Part shown: positions 51,510-60,078 of the stretch, in pieces
Layout: each line of letters starts with the position of its first letter
Position numbering within the stretch: position 1 is the first letter of the stretch
Assembly: GCA_963758635.1 (NCBI GenBank)
Contig: CAVWWD010000006.1
Span: 1 to 64,000 of the forward strand
From: an uncultured Candidatus Rokubacteria bacterium
Lineage (GTDB): Bacteria; Methylomirabilota; Methylomirabilia; Rokubacteriales; CSP1-6
Reading direction: 5' to 3'
Length of the DNA: 64,000 nt
Translations under genes and position numbers: made by a program
The notes under the pieces: generated by a model
Seen by the model: the letters and a program-made list of their open reading frames with translations, nothing else
Told to the model about the DNA's origin: nothing
The model's database searches: none

Positions 51510-52355
51510 ATGCGTGTGCTGCTGGTCAACGATGATCCCGCGTTCCTCGACACGCTGGCCCGGATCCTCGAAGGCGAGCCGGGCGTCCTCGTGGTCGGCC
51601 GGGCCCGGACCGCGGCGGAGGCGATCGTGCAGTCGGCGAACCTCCTGCCCGACGTGGTCGTGATGGACGTGGAGATGCCGGGCATCGACGGCCTCGAGAC
51701 CACGCGCCGGCTGAAGGCCCGGCCGAACGCGCCCCGCGTCGTCCTCGTGAGCATCTACGCCAACGACGAGCATCGCCGCGTGGCCCGGGAGGCCGGCGCC
51801 AACGCGTTCCTCGGCACGTCGGAGGTGCCGTGGGCGCTCGTAGGCGCCCTGTGGCAGGTCGACGAGACAGGCGCGCGGGCGCGCGAGGCTGGTCCGGAGC
51901 ATGCCTGCGCCGCCGGGCAACCGGCGGGCCCGCCCGCGATCCGCGCGCGCGTGCTGATCGTGGACGACAACCCGGACGTCGCGGGCATGCTCGCCGAGAT
52001 GCTCGGCCACGCCGGCTACCAGGTGCAGACGGCGACGAGCGGCCGGGCCGCGCTCCTGCGCCTCGACGCCGAGCCGTTCGACCTGATCCTGAGCGACGTG
52101 CGGATGCCGCAGATGGACGGGCCCGCCTTCTACCGCGACCTCGCGGAGCGGCATCCGGACCTGGCCCGCCGCGTGATCTTCGTGACCGGCGACCTGCTCA
52201 CGACGGACGCCGCGGACTTCCTGGTCCAGAGCGGCGTGCCGAGCCTCGGCAAGCCCTTCACGCTGTCCGAGCTGAACGACGTCGTGCGGCAGGTGCTCGC
52301 CCGGCCCGCCGGCCCCCCGCGCCCGCCGTGCGCGGCGTGCGACCAGGAGCGCTGA
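51510..52355 (+). CDS. Tandem receiver (REC-REC) protein
   Basis: RBS AAGGAGG; LVNDD..MDVEMP, then IVDD..SDVRMP..VTG..KPF. Confidence 0.85.
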   Translation: MRVLLVNDDPAFLDTLARILEGEPGVLVVGRARTAAEAIVQSANLLPDVVVMDVEMPGIDGLETTRRLKARPNAPRVVLVSIYANDEHRRVAREAGANAFLGTSEVPWALVGALWQVDETGARAREAGPEHACAAGQPAGPPAIRARVLIVDDNPDVAGMLAEMLGHAGYQVQTATSGRAALLRLDAEPFDLILSDVRMPQMDGPAFYRDLAERHPDLARRVIFVTGDLLTTDAADFLVQSGVPSLGKPFTLSELNDVVRQVLARPAGPPRPPCAACDQER

Positions 52356-52408
52356 GGAGGCGCGGCCGCCTCTCACCGTCCTAACGCCCGGCCTCGGGCC
52401 GCCTCTCT

Positions 52409-52527
52409 CCCTCTCCCTTACAGGGAGAGGGTTGGGGTGAGGGTCCGTGGCACTACCTCGAGGGCGGACATTCTCGTGAGGTAGGGCGACCGCCCCTCAC
52501 CCTGCCCTCTCCCCGAAGGGGAGAGGG
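52409..52527. repeat. Inverted pair of REP-like CCCTCTCCC..GGGAGAGGG palindromes (REPIN/BIME-like)
   Basis: Copy 52409-52443 and inverted copy 52494-52527; inner CTACCTC/GAGGTAG arms; lies between convergent genes. Confidence 0.8.
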
Positions 52528-52549
52528 TCGTGAGGAGGCCCTTCGGGCG

Positions 52550-52990
52550 TCACCAGCCGCGCGCCATGAAGCTCGCCGTGAACACGATCAGGACGACCAG
52601 CGCCATCTCGACGTGGTTCACCACGAACAGCGCGCGGGCGCTGGACGTGTCCGCGGCGAGGCCGCGCCGGAGCCGCGCGCGCCAGGCGATGAAGGTGACC
52701 ATCGGCCAGATCTCCAGCGCCACCACGCTCACGAACAACCCTATCTTGGTCCAGAAGAGCGGCGACGACAGGTAGAACTGGGTTCCCTTCTCGAGGCCGC
52801 CGAAGGCGCGGAGCAGTCCCGTCGCCAGCCACAGGACGGCGGCCACGCCCCAGACGGCGTCGGCCGCGAAGAGGCGCCGCAGGCCGTCGGTGTCGAGCGG
52901 GCCCTTGAGCGCGCGCCCGCGCAGGAACACGGCGGGCAGCCCGAGCGCCAGGGCGAGCACGTGGAGCGCGGAGACGATGGCCGCAATCAC
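52550..52990 (-). CDS. DUF2214 family membrane protein
   Basis: ADAVWG..LATGLLR..EKG..FY..FWTK..PMVTFIAWR..ASFMARG. Confidence 0.82.
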   Translation of the reverse strand: MIAAIVSALHVLALALGLPAVFLRGRALKGPLDTDGLRRLFAADAVWGVAAVLWLATGLLRAFGGLEKGTQFYLSSPLFWTKIGLFVSVVALEIWPMVTFIAWRARLRRGLAADTSSARALFVVNHVEMALVVLIVFTASFMARGW

Positions 52991-53055
52991 GTCGTCCCGA
53001 GTCTACCCCCCGCCCGGCGCCCGGTTCCATCGGCGCCCACGGCCCGGCGCCGGCG

Positions 53056-54726
53056 TCAGGCCGGGCCGATCTCGATCAGCGACACGCCGGGCAGCGGCAG
53101 GCGGAGGCGGAGCTCGAGCGCGTCGGCGCTCGCACCCTGGACGCGGTCGGGCTCGAGCCGCTCGAGCCCTTGACGCTCCGCGATCACCGCGAGCTCGGCC
53201 GGGGACGGGTCCTGGGGAGAGCCGAGCGCGCGCCACGCCGTATGGCTGTTGCTGTGCCGCGCGTCGATGCGGAAGTGCCGCACGCGCACGTCGCCCGTCC
53301 ACGGCAGCCGCTCGATCCGGAGCGTGACCGGCGCCGCCTCCGCATCGCTCGCGTACTGGTCGTCGCGGTGGCGCCACACGAGCACGCTCACCCGGTCATC
53401 TCCGCGGGCGGCCAGCGCATCGACCTCCTCCGGCATGTCCGCGTCGCCCTCGTCGAGACGGGTCAGGGACCACGCGGCGGTCGACTCCGCGGCCACACGC
53501 ACCGGGCCGAGCCGGCTCAGCATGCGGTACGCGTTCAGCACCGGCTTCTCGACGCCCTGCGCGGTGAAGAGGCTCCGCGTGCCCTCGAAGAAGCGCTCGC
53601 CCTCGAAGTAGAAGCTCCAGGTGGTGGCCTGGTGCACGCGGGCGGCGCCGAGGGCGTCCAGGTCGAGGAGCTTCTTCATGAGCTTGCACTGGAACACCGG
53701 GAAGTACTCCGTGTTGCGGTACGCGAAGTTGGCGTTGTCGTAGACGCCCCAGTGGGCGGGCACCGAGGCGTCGCACTCGTCCACGATGCAGGGCAGGTCG
53801 CGGAACCGCGGATGCGCGGCCACCGCCTCGAGCGCGGCGCGGACCTCGCGCAGCATCTTGAGGCTGGACGGCGACTGCCGCGTGGGCGCGGGCCCGCCGA
53901 GGGGTCCGTACACGCGCCAGGGCGTGTACCGCGCGCCCTTGGTGTGGAACGACACGAAGTCGAGCGGCGTCCCCTGCCGGGCGCAGTGCGCGAGGAAGCC
54001 GCGCAGGAACTCGGCGCCGCGGCGGCCGGGGCCGAGGTCGCCGGTGGTGGCGGGGCCGCCGACCTGCGCGTCGGGCAGCGCGGCCTTCACGCTGGCCGCG
54101 GTCACGTCGTAGAGGGCGTGGAACTCTTCGGGCGTGCCGCGCCAGTAGGAGATGTCGGGCTCGTTCCACAGCTCCCAGAGCCAGCCGCGCACGTGGGCGG
54201 CGCCGTGGCGCGCCACGCAGCGCTCGACCAGCGCGCGCACGAGGGCGCCCCACCTCGCGTTGTCCCGCGGCGGCATCGCCCACAGGCCCGCCTCGTAGGG
54301 GCTCCACTGCGTGGGGCTCGGCTCGAACGCGAAGGCGCGCTCCGCCCCCTCGGGGACGAGCGCGCGCGGCGTGAACGCGAGCTCCACCAGCGGGCGGTGG
54401 CCCGCCTGCACCACCGCGTCGTACACCTGGTCGGCGATGGTGAAGTCGTAGAAGGGACGCCCGTCCGCGTCCTCGTGGTACACGTTGCCGGCGCCCCAGT
54501 GGGGCAGCGACCAGCCGATGCCGCTGTTGAAGATGTAGTGCGAGCGCACGTAGTACGGCTCTCCGGCGAAGGCGCGGATGGTGCGGAGGTGGCGCTTGCC
54601 CATCGGCGTGGACGTCCAGTTGATCTCGTCGAAGCCGAAGCTGGTCCAGATGCGGCGGAGCGGGCCGAGGACGGCGCCCGCGTCCACCCGTACCGTGGCC
54701 TCGGCCACGCGCCCCGTGTCGGCCAT
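53056..54726 (-). CDS. Glycoside hydrolase family 39 (beta-xylosidase-like)
   Basis: WELWNEPD acid/base, VGGPA, DFVSFHTKG, IVDE nucleophile, KPVLNAYRML. Confidence 0.88.
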   Translation of the reverse strand: MADTGRVAEATVRVDAGAVLGPLRRIWTSFGFDEINWTSTPMGKRHLRTIRAFAGEPYYVRSHYIFNSGIGWSLPHWGAGNVYHEDADGRPFYDFTIADQVYDAVVQAGHRPLVELAFTPRALVPEGAERAFAFEPSPTQWSPYEAGLWAMPPRDNARWGALVRALVERCVARHGAAHVRGWLWELWNEPDISYWRGTPEEFHALYDVTAASVKAALPDAQVGGPATTGDLGPGRRGAEFLRGFLAHCARQGTPLDFVSFHTKGARYTPWRVYGPLGGPAPTRQSPSSLKMLREVRAALEAVAAHPRFRDLPCIVDECDASVPAHWGVYDNANFAYRNTEYFPVFQCKLMKKLLDLDALGAARVHQATTWSFYFEGERFFEGTRSLFTAQGVEKPVLNAYRMLSRLGPVRVAAESTAAWSLTRLDEGDADMPEEVDALAARGDDRVSVLVWRHRDDQYASDAEAAPVTLRIERLPWTGDVRVRHFRIDARHSNSHTAWRALGSPQDPSPAELAVIAERQGLERLEPDRVQGASADALELRLRLPLPGVSLIEIGPA

Positions 54727-55757
54727 CACCGGCCCCCGGCGACGTGCCCGACACCGCGCAGGGTGAGCTCCGCCGCGCGATGGCAGCTCACGAGCTGGCC
54801 CGGACCCGCCGCCTCGAGCCGCGGCGCCTCCGTGCGGCATCGCTCGATCGCGTAGGGACACCGGGGGTGGAACGCGCAGCCGGGCGGCGGGCTCGCCGGG
54901 TCGGCCACCTCGCCTTCCAGGACGACGCGGCCCGCGCGCAGGCGGGGGTCCGGCTTCGGCACGGCGGCGAGCAGGGCCTCGGTGTACGGATGCGCCGGCG
55001 CCGTGAAGAGCCGCTCGGTGGGCGCCAGCTCGACGATGCGGCCCACGTACATGACGGCCACGCGGTCAGACACGTGCTTCACCACCGAGAGGTCGTGGGC
55101 CACGAACAGGTACGTCAGGCCCAGCTCGGCCTGGAGGTCCACGAGGAGGTTCAGGATCTGCGCCTGGACCGACACGTCGAGGGCGGACACGGGCTCGTCG
55201 GCCACCACCAGGCTCGGGGACAGCGCCAGCGCGCGGGCGATGCCGATGCGCTGGCGCTGGCCTCCGCTGAAGGCGTGGGGGAAGCGGCGCATGAACTCGG
55301 GGCGGAGGCCGACCAGGCGCAGCAGCTCGGCCACACGCTCCACGCGCTCCGCCCGCGTGCCCACGCCGTTGACGAGGAGCGGCTCGCCGACGATCTCGAG
55401 CAGCGTCTTGCGCGGGTTCAGCGACGAGTACGGATCCTGGAAGACCATCTGCATCTCGCGCCGGAGCGGCCGCATGTGCCGCGAGGGCAAGCCGGCCACG
55501 TCCACGGACGTGCCGTTGCCGCGCCGGAAGATGATCTGGCCCGCGGTCGGCTCGATCGCGCGCAGGATGCAGCGCGCCGTCGTCGTCTTCCCACAGCCGC
55601 TCTCCCCCACCAGCGACAGCGTCTCGCCGCGGTCGATGTGGAAGCTCACGCCGTCCACCGCCCGGACCTCGCCCACGCGGCGGCGGAGAAGCCCGCGCCG
55701 GATCGGAAACTCCTTCCGGAGGTCGCGCACCTCGAGGAGCGGCACGGCCGCCGTCAC
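54726..55757 (-). CDS. ABC transporter ATP-binding subunit (OppF/DppF-like)
   Basis: [28 protein letters not shown]. Confidence 0.93.
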   Translation of the reverse strand: MTAAVPLLEVRDLRKEFPIRRGLLRRRVGEVRAVDGVSFHIDRGETLSLVGESGCGKTTTARCILRAIEPTAGQIIFRRGNGTSVDVAGLPSRHMRPLRREMQMVFQDPYSSLNPRKTLLEIVGEPLLVNGVGTRAERVERVAELLRLVGLRPEFMRRFPHAFSGGQRQRIGIARALALSPSLVVADEPVSALDVSVQAQILNLLVDLQAELGLTYLFVAHDLSVVKHVSDRVAVMYVGRIVELAPTERLFTAPAHPYTEALLAAVPKPDPRLRAGRVVLEGEVADPASPPPGCAFHPRCPYAIERCRTEAPRLEAAGPGQLVSCHRAAELTLRGVGHVAGGR

Positions 55758-56780
55758 GGCGCGGCCACCGGATGATGCAGGAAGCAGCTCACCGCCTGGT
55801 CCTCGCCGGCCAGCGCGGTGAGCTCGGGCTCGTGGCGCTCGCACGTGCCCGCCATCGTCTCCGGGCAGCGCGGGTGGAACGGGCAGCCCGCGGGGCGCCG
55901 GTACGGATGCGGGAGCGAACCGGCGATGGCGGGGAGCTTCGTGCGCACCGGCGCGTGCACGGATGGGATCGACCGCAGCAGCGCACGCGTGTAGGGATGT
56001 CGCGGGGCGTGGAAGATGGCGTCCACGGGCCCGCGCTCCACCACGCGGCCGAGGTACATGACGACGACCTCGTCGCACAGCTCAGCGACTACGCCGAGAT
56101 TGTGGGTGATGAGCACGATCGCCATGCCCTCGCGCGCCTGCAGCTCCCGGAGGAGGGCCAGGATCTGCGCCTGCGTGGTGACGTCCAGCGCGGTGGTGGG
56201 CTCGTCGGCGATCAGGATGCGCGGGCCGCAGCAGAGCGCGGTGGCGATCATGGCCCGCTGGCGGAGCCCCCCCGAGAGCTGGAACGCGTGCTCGTCGATC
56301 CGGCGCTCCGGCCGCGGGATGCCCACCAACCGCAGCAGCTCGATCGCCCGGGCGCGCGCCGCCGCGCGGTCGAGCGCCCAGGTGCAGCCGGATCGTCTCC
56401 ACGATCTGGTTGCCCACGGTGTGCACGGGGCTGAACGAGCTCATCGGCTCCTGGAACACGAGCCCGATCTCGCCTCCGCGGATGCGCCGGATCTCCGGCC
56501 CTCGCGGGTCGAGCTGCGCGAGGTCGTCCTCGCCGCCGCCGGCGCGGCGGAGGCGGACGGCCCCGCCCACGATCCGCCCCGGCCGCTCCACGATGCGGAG
56601 GATGGACCGCGCGGTCACGCTCTTGCCGCAGCCGCTCTCCCCGACGATGCCGAGCGTGCGCCCCGCGTGCACGTCGAAGCTCGCGCCGTCCACCGCCTTG
56701 ACCACGCCCTCCTCGGCGAAGAAGTACGTGCGCAGGTCACGGACGGCGAGGATCGGGTCGGCGGTCCCTGGCGCCTCCAT
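55754..56780 (-). CDS. ABC transporter ATP-binding subunit (OppD/DppD-like); frameshift near 56375
   Basis: GESGCGKS, then [22 protein letters not shown] in a second frame. Confidence 0.9.
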
Positions 56781-56782
56781 CG

Positions 56783-57931
56783 CTAGTGCCCGTAGGGGTC
56801 GGCGGCGTCGCGGAGGCCGTCGCCCATGAAGTTGAAGGCGACGATGATCACGATCACGGGCAGGGAGGGCACGAGGAGCCACGGCGAGATCGCGAGCGAC
56901 TGGATGTTCTGCGCCTGCTGGAGCAGCACGCCCCAGCTGATGGCGGGAGGGCGGAGCCCGAGGCCCAGGAACGAGAGCGACGTCTCGCTGATGATCATGG
57001 CCGGGATGGCCAGCGTGGTGGCGGCGATGATGTGGCTCAGGAACGACGGCACCAGGTGGCTCAGGATGATGCGCGTGCGGCTGCACCCGCAGAGCTCGGC
57101 CGCCGTCACGAACTCCTCCTCGCGGAGCGACAGGAAGCGGCCGCGGACCACGCGCGCCAGCTCCGTCCAGCCGACGAGGGAGATGATCACGGTGATGGCG
57201 AGGTAGACCTGGAGCACCGTCCAGTCCTGGGGCAGCGCCGCGGCGAGCCCCATCCAGAGGGGAATGGTCGGGATCGAGCGCAGGATCTCCACCACCCGCT
57301 GGATGACGGTGTCGATCACACCGCCCATGTAGCCGGAGATGCCGCCCAGCAGCACGCCCAGGACGAGGCTCAGCGCCACGCCGGCGAGGCCGATGGTCAA
57401 CGACGTCCGCGTGGCGTACATGAGGCGCGACCACACGTCACGTCCCTGCTCGTCGGTGCCGAGCAGGAACAGGGACTCCTCGACGCGCCCCTCGCTCACG
57501 CCGAGCAGGTGGCGGCGGGCCGGGATCACGCCGAACAGGGCGTACTCGAACCCCGGCGCGAACAAGCGCAGCCAGATCTTCTTCTCCGGGTCCGGCGTGT
57601 ACACGCGGCGGAACGTCGCGGGGTCGCGATGGCCGGTGAGACCGTACACGTGGGGGGCGAAGCGGCCCTCGTGGAACCAGCGGATCGCCTGCGGGGGCAG
57701 CAGCGAGCGATGGGCCTCCGACGCCGTCGGGCTCGCGTAGGCGAGGAAGTCGGCGAACAGCACCACCGCGTAGGCGAGCCCGACCACCACGGTGCCGGCC
57801 AGCGCGAGGCGGTGCCGGCGGAAGCGCCACCACATGAGCTGCCACTGGGTGGCGACGGAGACGCGCTCCTCCGCGTCGGCCCCCGCCGGCGCGTCCGGCG
57901 CGACCGCCTCCGCCGTCCCCGCGAGGGCTAT
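56783..57931 (-). CDS. ABC transporter permease (OppC/DppC-like)
   Basis: [34 protein letters not shown]; start codon uncertain. Confidence 0.9.
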   Translation of the reverse strand: MALAGTAEAVAPDAPAGADAEERVSVATQWQLMWWRFRRHRLALAGTVVVGLAYAVVLFADFLAYASPTASEAHRSLLPPQAIRWFHEGRFAPHVYGLTGHRDPATFRRVYTPDPEKKIWLRLFAPGFEYALFGVIPARRHLLGVSEGRVEESLFLLGTDEQGRDVWSRLMYATRTSLTIGLAGVALSLVLGVLLGGISGYMGGVIDTVIQRVVEILRSIPTIPLWMGLAAALPQDWTVLQVYLAITVIISLVGWTELARVVRGRFLSLREEEFVTAAELCGCSRTRIILSHLVPSFLSHIIAATTLAIPAMIISETSLSFLGLGLRPPAISWGVLLQQAQNIQSLAISPWLLVPSLPVIVIIVAFNFMGDGLRDAADPYGH

Positions 57932-58920
57932 CGCCGGCCCTCCATCCGGATGCGCGGGTCGATCCACATGAGCAGGAGGTCGGAGAGGAGCGTGCCGAGC
58001 ACGGTGAGCACGCCGAGCAGGAGCACGATCGTGCCGGCCAGGAACATGTCCTGGGCGATGAGCGCGCGCAGGAGCAGCGGCCCCACCGTGGGCAGGCTCA
58101 GCACCAGCGACACGATGATGCTCCCCGACACCACGTACGGCAGGAGGTAGCCGACCGTGCTCGCGAACGGGTTGAGCGCCACCCGCACCGGGTACTTGAG
58201 GATCACACGCCACTCGGAGAGGCCGCGGGCTCGCGCCGTCATCACGTAGGGCTTGCCCAGCTCGTCGAGCAGGTTCGCCCGCATGATGCGGATGAGCTGC
58301 GCGGTGCCGGCCAGGCCCAGGATGACGGCGGGCAGCGGCAGGTGCTTGATCAGGTCCCACACCTTGGCCAGGCTCCACGGCGCCTCCACGAACCGGTCGG
58401 AGAAGAGGCCGCCGATGTTGGCCCCGAAGTACCGGAAGCCCACGTACATGAGGACGAGGGCGACCATGAAGCTCGGCACGGCCAGGCCGATGAAGCCGAC
58501 GAGCGTGGCCAGGTAGTCGCCGATCGAGTACTGGCGCACGGCGGAGTAGATGCCGATGGGCAGCGCGAGGACCCACGTCACGAGGATGGCGCCGATCGAG
58601 AGCGCCATGGTGAGCCACAGCCGATCCCCGATCACCTCCGACACCGGCTTGCCCCACTCCAGCGCCTGCCCGAACTCGCCGCGCACGGCCAGCCTCATCC
58701 AGCGCAGGTACTGGACCCACACCGGCTTGTCGAGGCCGTACTGCTCGCGCAGGGTGTCGGCGAGCTGCTGCGACACCACCGTGCCCGACGCCGTCATCTG
58801 GGCGATGTACGCGGTGATGTAGTCGCCGGGCGGGAGCTGGATGATGACGAACGCGAGGACGGAGATGGCCCACGTGGTGAGGAGGGCGAGGAGGAGGCGG
58901 CGCACGACGTAGGTCAGCAT
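57928..58920 (-). CDS. ABC transporter permease (OppB/DppB-like)
   Basis: MLTYVVRR, QLPPGDY, TARARGLSE, IDPRIR. Confidence 0.95.
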   Translation of the reverse strand: MLTYVVRRLLLALLTTWAISVLAFVIIQLPPGDYITAYIAQMTASGTVVSQQLADTLREQYGLDKPVWVQYLRWMRLAVRGEFGQALEWGKPVSEVIGDRLWLTMALSIGAILVTWVLALPIGIYSAVRQYSIGDYLATLVGFIGLAVPSFMVALVLMYVGFRYFGANIGGLFSDRFVEAPWSLAKVWDLIKHLPLPAVILGLAGTAQLIRIMRANLLDELGKPYVMTARARGLSEWRVILKYPVRVALNPFASTVGYLLPYVVSGSIIVSLVLSLPTVGPLLLRALIAQDMFLAGTIVLLLGVLTVLGTLLSDLLLMWIDPRIRMEGRR

Positions 58921-58975
58921 GGATGCCGGGGAGATCCTACTGCGACCGTGTCGTCGCTCACAAGGTCTCCCCTCA

Positions 58976-59074
58976 GAGGTTGTGAAAGAATGCGGATCTC
59001 GGCTTCAGCGAGCGGGCTCACACCGCGATTCTGCGGACACGCGGCGTGCCGTCTCGCCATTCATTCACGATCTC
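58976..59074 (+). mobile_element. 99-bp MITE-like repeat, copy 2, with 17-bp imperfect terminal inverted repeats and TCA flanks
   Basis: Left end GAGGTTGTGAAAGAATG versus reverse-complemented right end GAGATCGTGAATGAATG (14/17); TCA on both sides. Confidence 0.7.
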
Positions 59075-59233
59075 TCAGCGGATCGGCTCCGCGCCTGCCG
59101 TGGGCGACGGGATCGTGGCGTTTGCTGAGCGCCGCGCCCACGCCGCAGACTGGTCCGCCACGTGGGAGCCGACCTGCCGGAACGGCGCACCGCGCCCACG
59201 CACGCGATCGATGCCCCTCATGATCCTGTGGCG

Positions 59234-59253
59234 TAGACGATCATGATCGTCTA
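59234..59253. promoter_or_regulatory. Perfect 20-bp palindrome, candidate TA operator
   Basis: TAGACGATCATGATCGTCTA, 12 bp before the antitoxin ATG. Confidence 0.7.
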
Positions 59254-59265
59254 GACTCGTTGATC

Positions 59266-59553
59266 ATGGCTCGGCCTCTTCAGGTCTACCTCGATGAGCA
59301 GGATCTGGCACGGCTGGAGGCTTGGGCCCGCGGCCGTGGGTGGACCAAGTCCCAGGCGATTCGCGCCGCTGTCCGCGCCCTGACCCGGCACCCCGGCGAG
59401 GATCCCTTGCTGGAGCTGAGCGGGGACATCGACGGGCTTCCGCCCGACCTCAGCGAGCGCTTCGACCGCTACCTCGAGGAGACGTTCGTTGCCGAGTCGC
59501 CGGCCCCGTACCGCGCACGCCGCCGCCGCTCCACGGCGTCTGTTCGTCGATAG
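59266..59553 (+). CDS. CopG/ribbon-helix-helix antitoxin (VapB-like)
   Basis: LQVYLDE..L..WAR.RG.TKSQAIRAAV RHH pattern; DLSERFDRYL. Confidence 0.85.
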   Translation: MARPLQVYLDEQDLARLEAWARGRGWTKSQAIRAAVRALTRHPGEDPLLELSGDIDGLPPDLSERFDRYLEETFVAESPAPYRARRRRSTASVRR

Positions 59554-59947
59554 CGGCGCCTGGATCGCGCTCCGGAGCCGGCGCGATCAGCACCATGCCG
59601 AGGCCGACCGGCTCTTCCGCGAGGCGCTCCGGCGGCGGATTCCCCTCGTCACCACGAATCTCGTGATCGCCGAGTCGCATCGTCTGACCCTCTTCCGGGC
59701 CGGCGTCGCGCCCGCGCTACGCGCCCTCGATCGCATCGACGCGAGCCCGAGCGTGACTGTCCACTACCCGACCGCCGCAGATCATGAGGCGGCGCGCCGC
59801 TGGCTCGAGCGCCTGGCGCCGCGCCCGGTGACGTACACCGACGCGGTGAGTTTCGCCGTCATGGAGGCGACCGCCTGCCGGCACGTGCTCGGCTTCGACC
59901 GCGACTTCGTCGCCGCCGGCTTCATGCTCTGGCCGGCTCCCGACTGA
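59489..59947 (+). CDS. vapC: PIN-domain toxin (VapC)
   Basis: FVDSGAWIAL..DQHH, TTNLVIAE, TYTDAVSFAVM, FDRDF..AGF. Confidence 0.9.
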   Translation: MPSRRPRTAHAAAAPRRLFVDSGAWIALRSRRDQHHAEADRLFREALRRRIPLVTTNLVIAESHRLTLFRAGVAPALRALDRIDASPSVTVHYPTAADHEAARRWLERLAPRPVTYTDAVSFAVMEATACRHVLGFDRDFVAAGFMLWPAPD

Positions 59948-60012
59948 CCTCGCGATCGCCGCCCGGCTGGCCCGCGCGCGCCCGGACCGATGGCCCCAGT
60001 GTCCGGGCTGGA

Positions 60013-60042
60013 TTGACACCCCGACGAGGCGCTTGCTAGGTT
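60013..60042 (+). promoter_or_regulatory. Putative sigma70 promoter of the substrate-binding protein gene
   Basis: TTGACA, 18 bp, TAGGTT with extended -10 TG. Confidence 0.55.
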
Positions 60043-60078
60043 GTGGCCGGTCACACGCCACCCCGAAAGGACGGGCCC

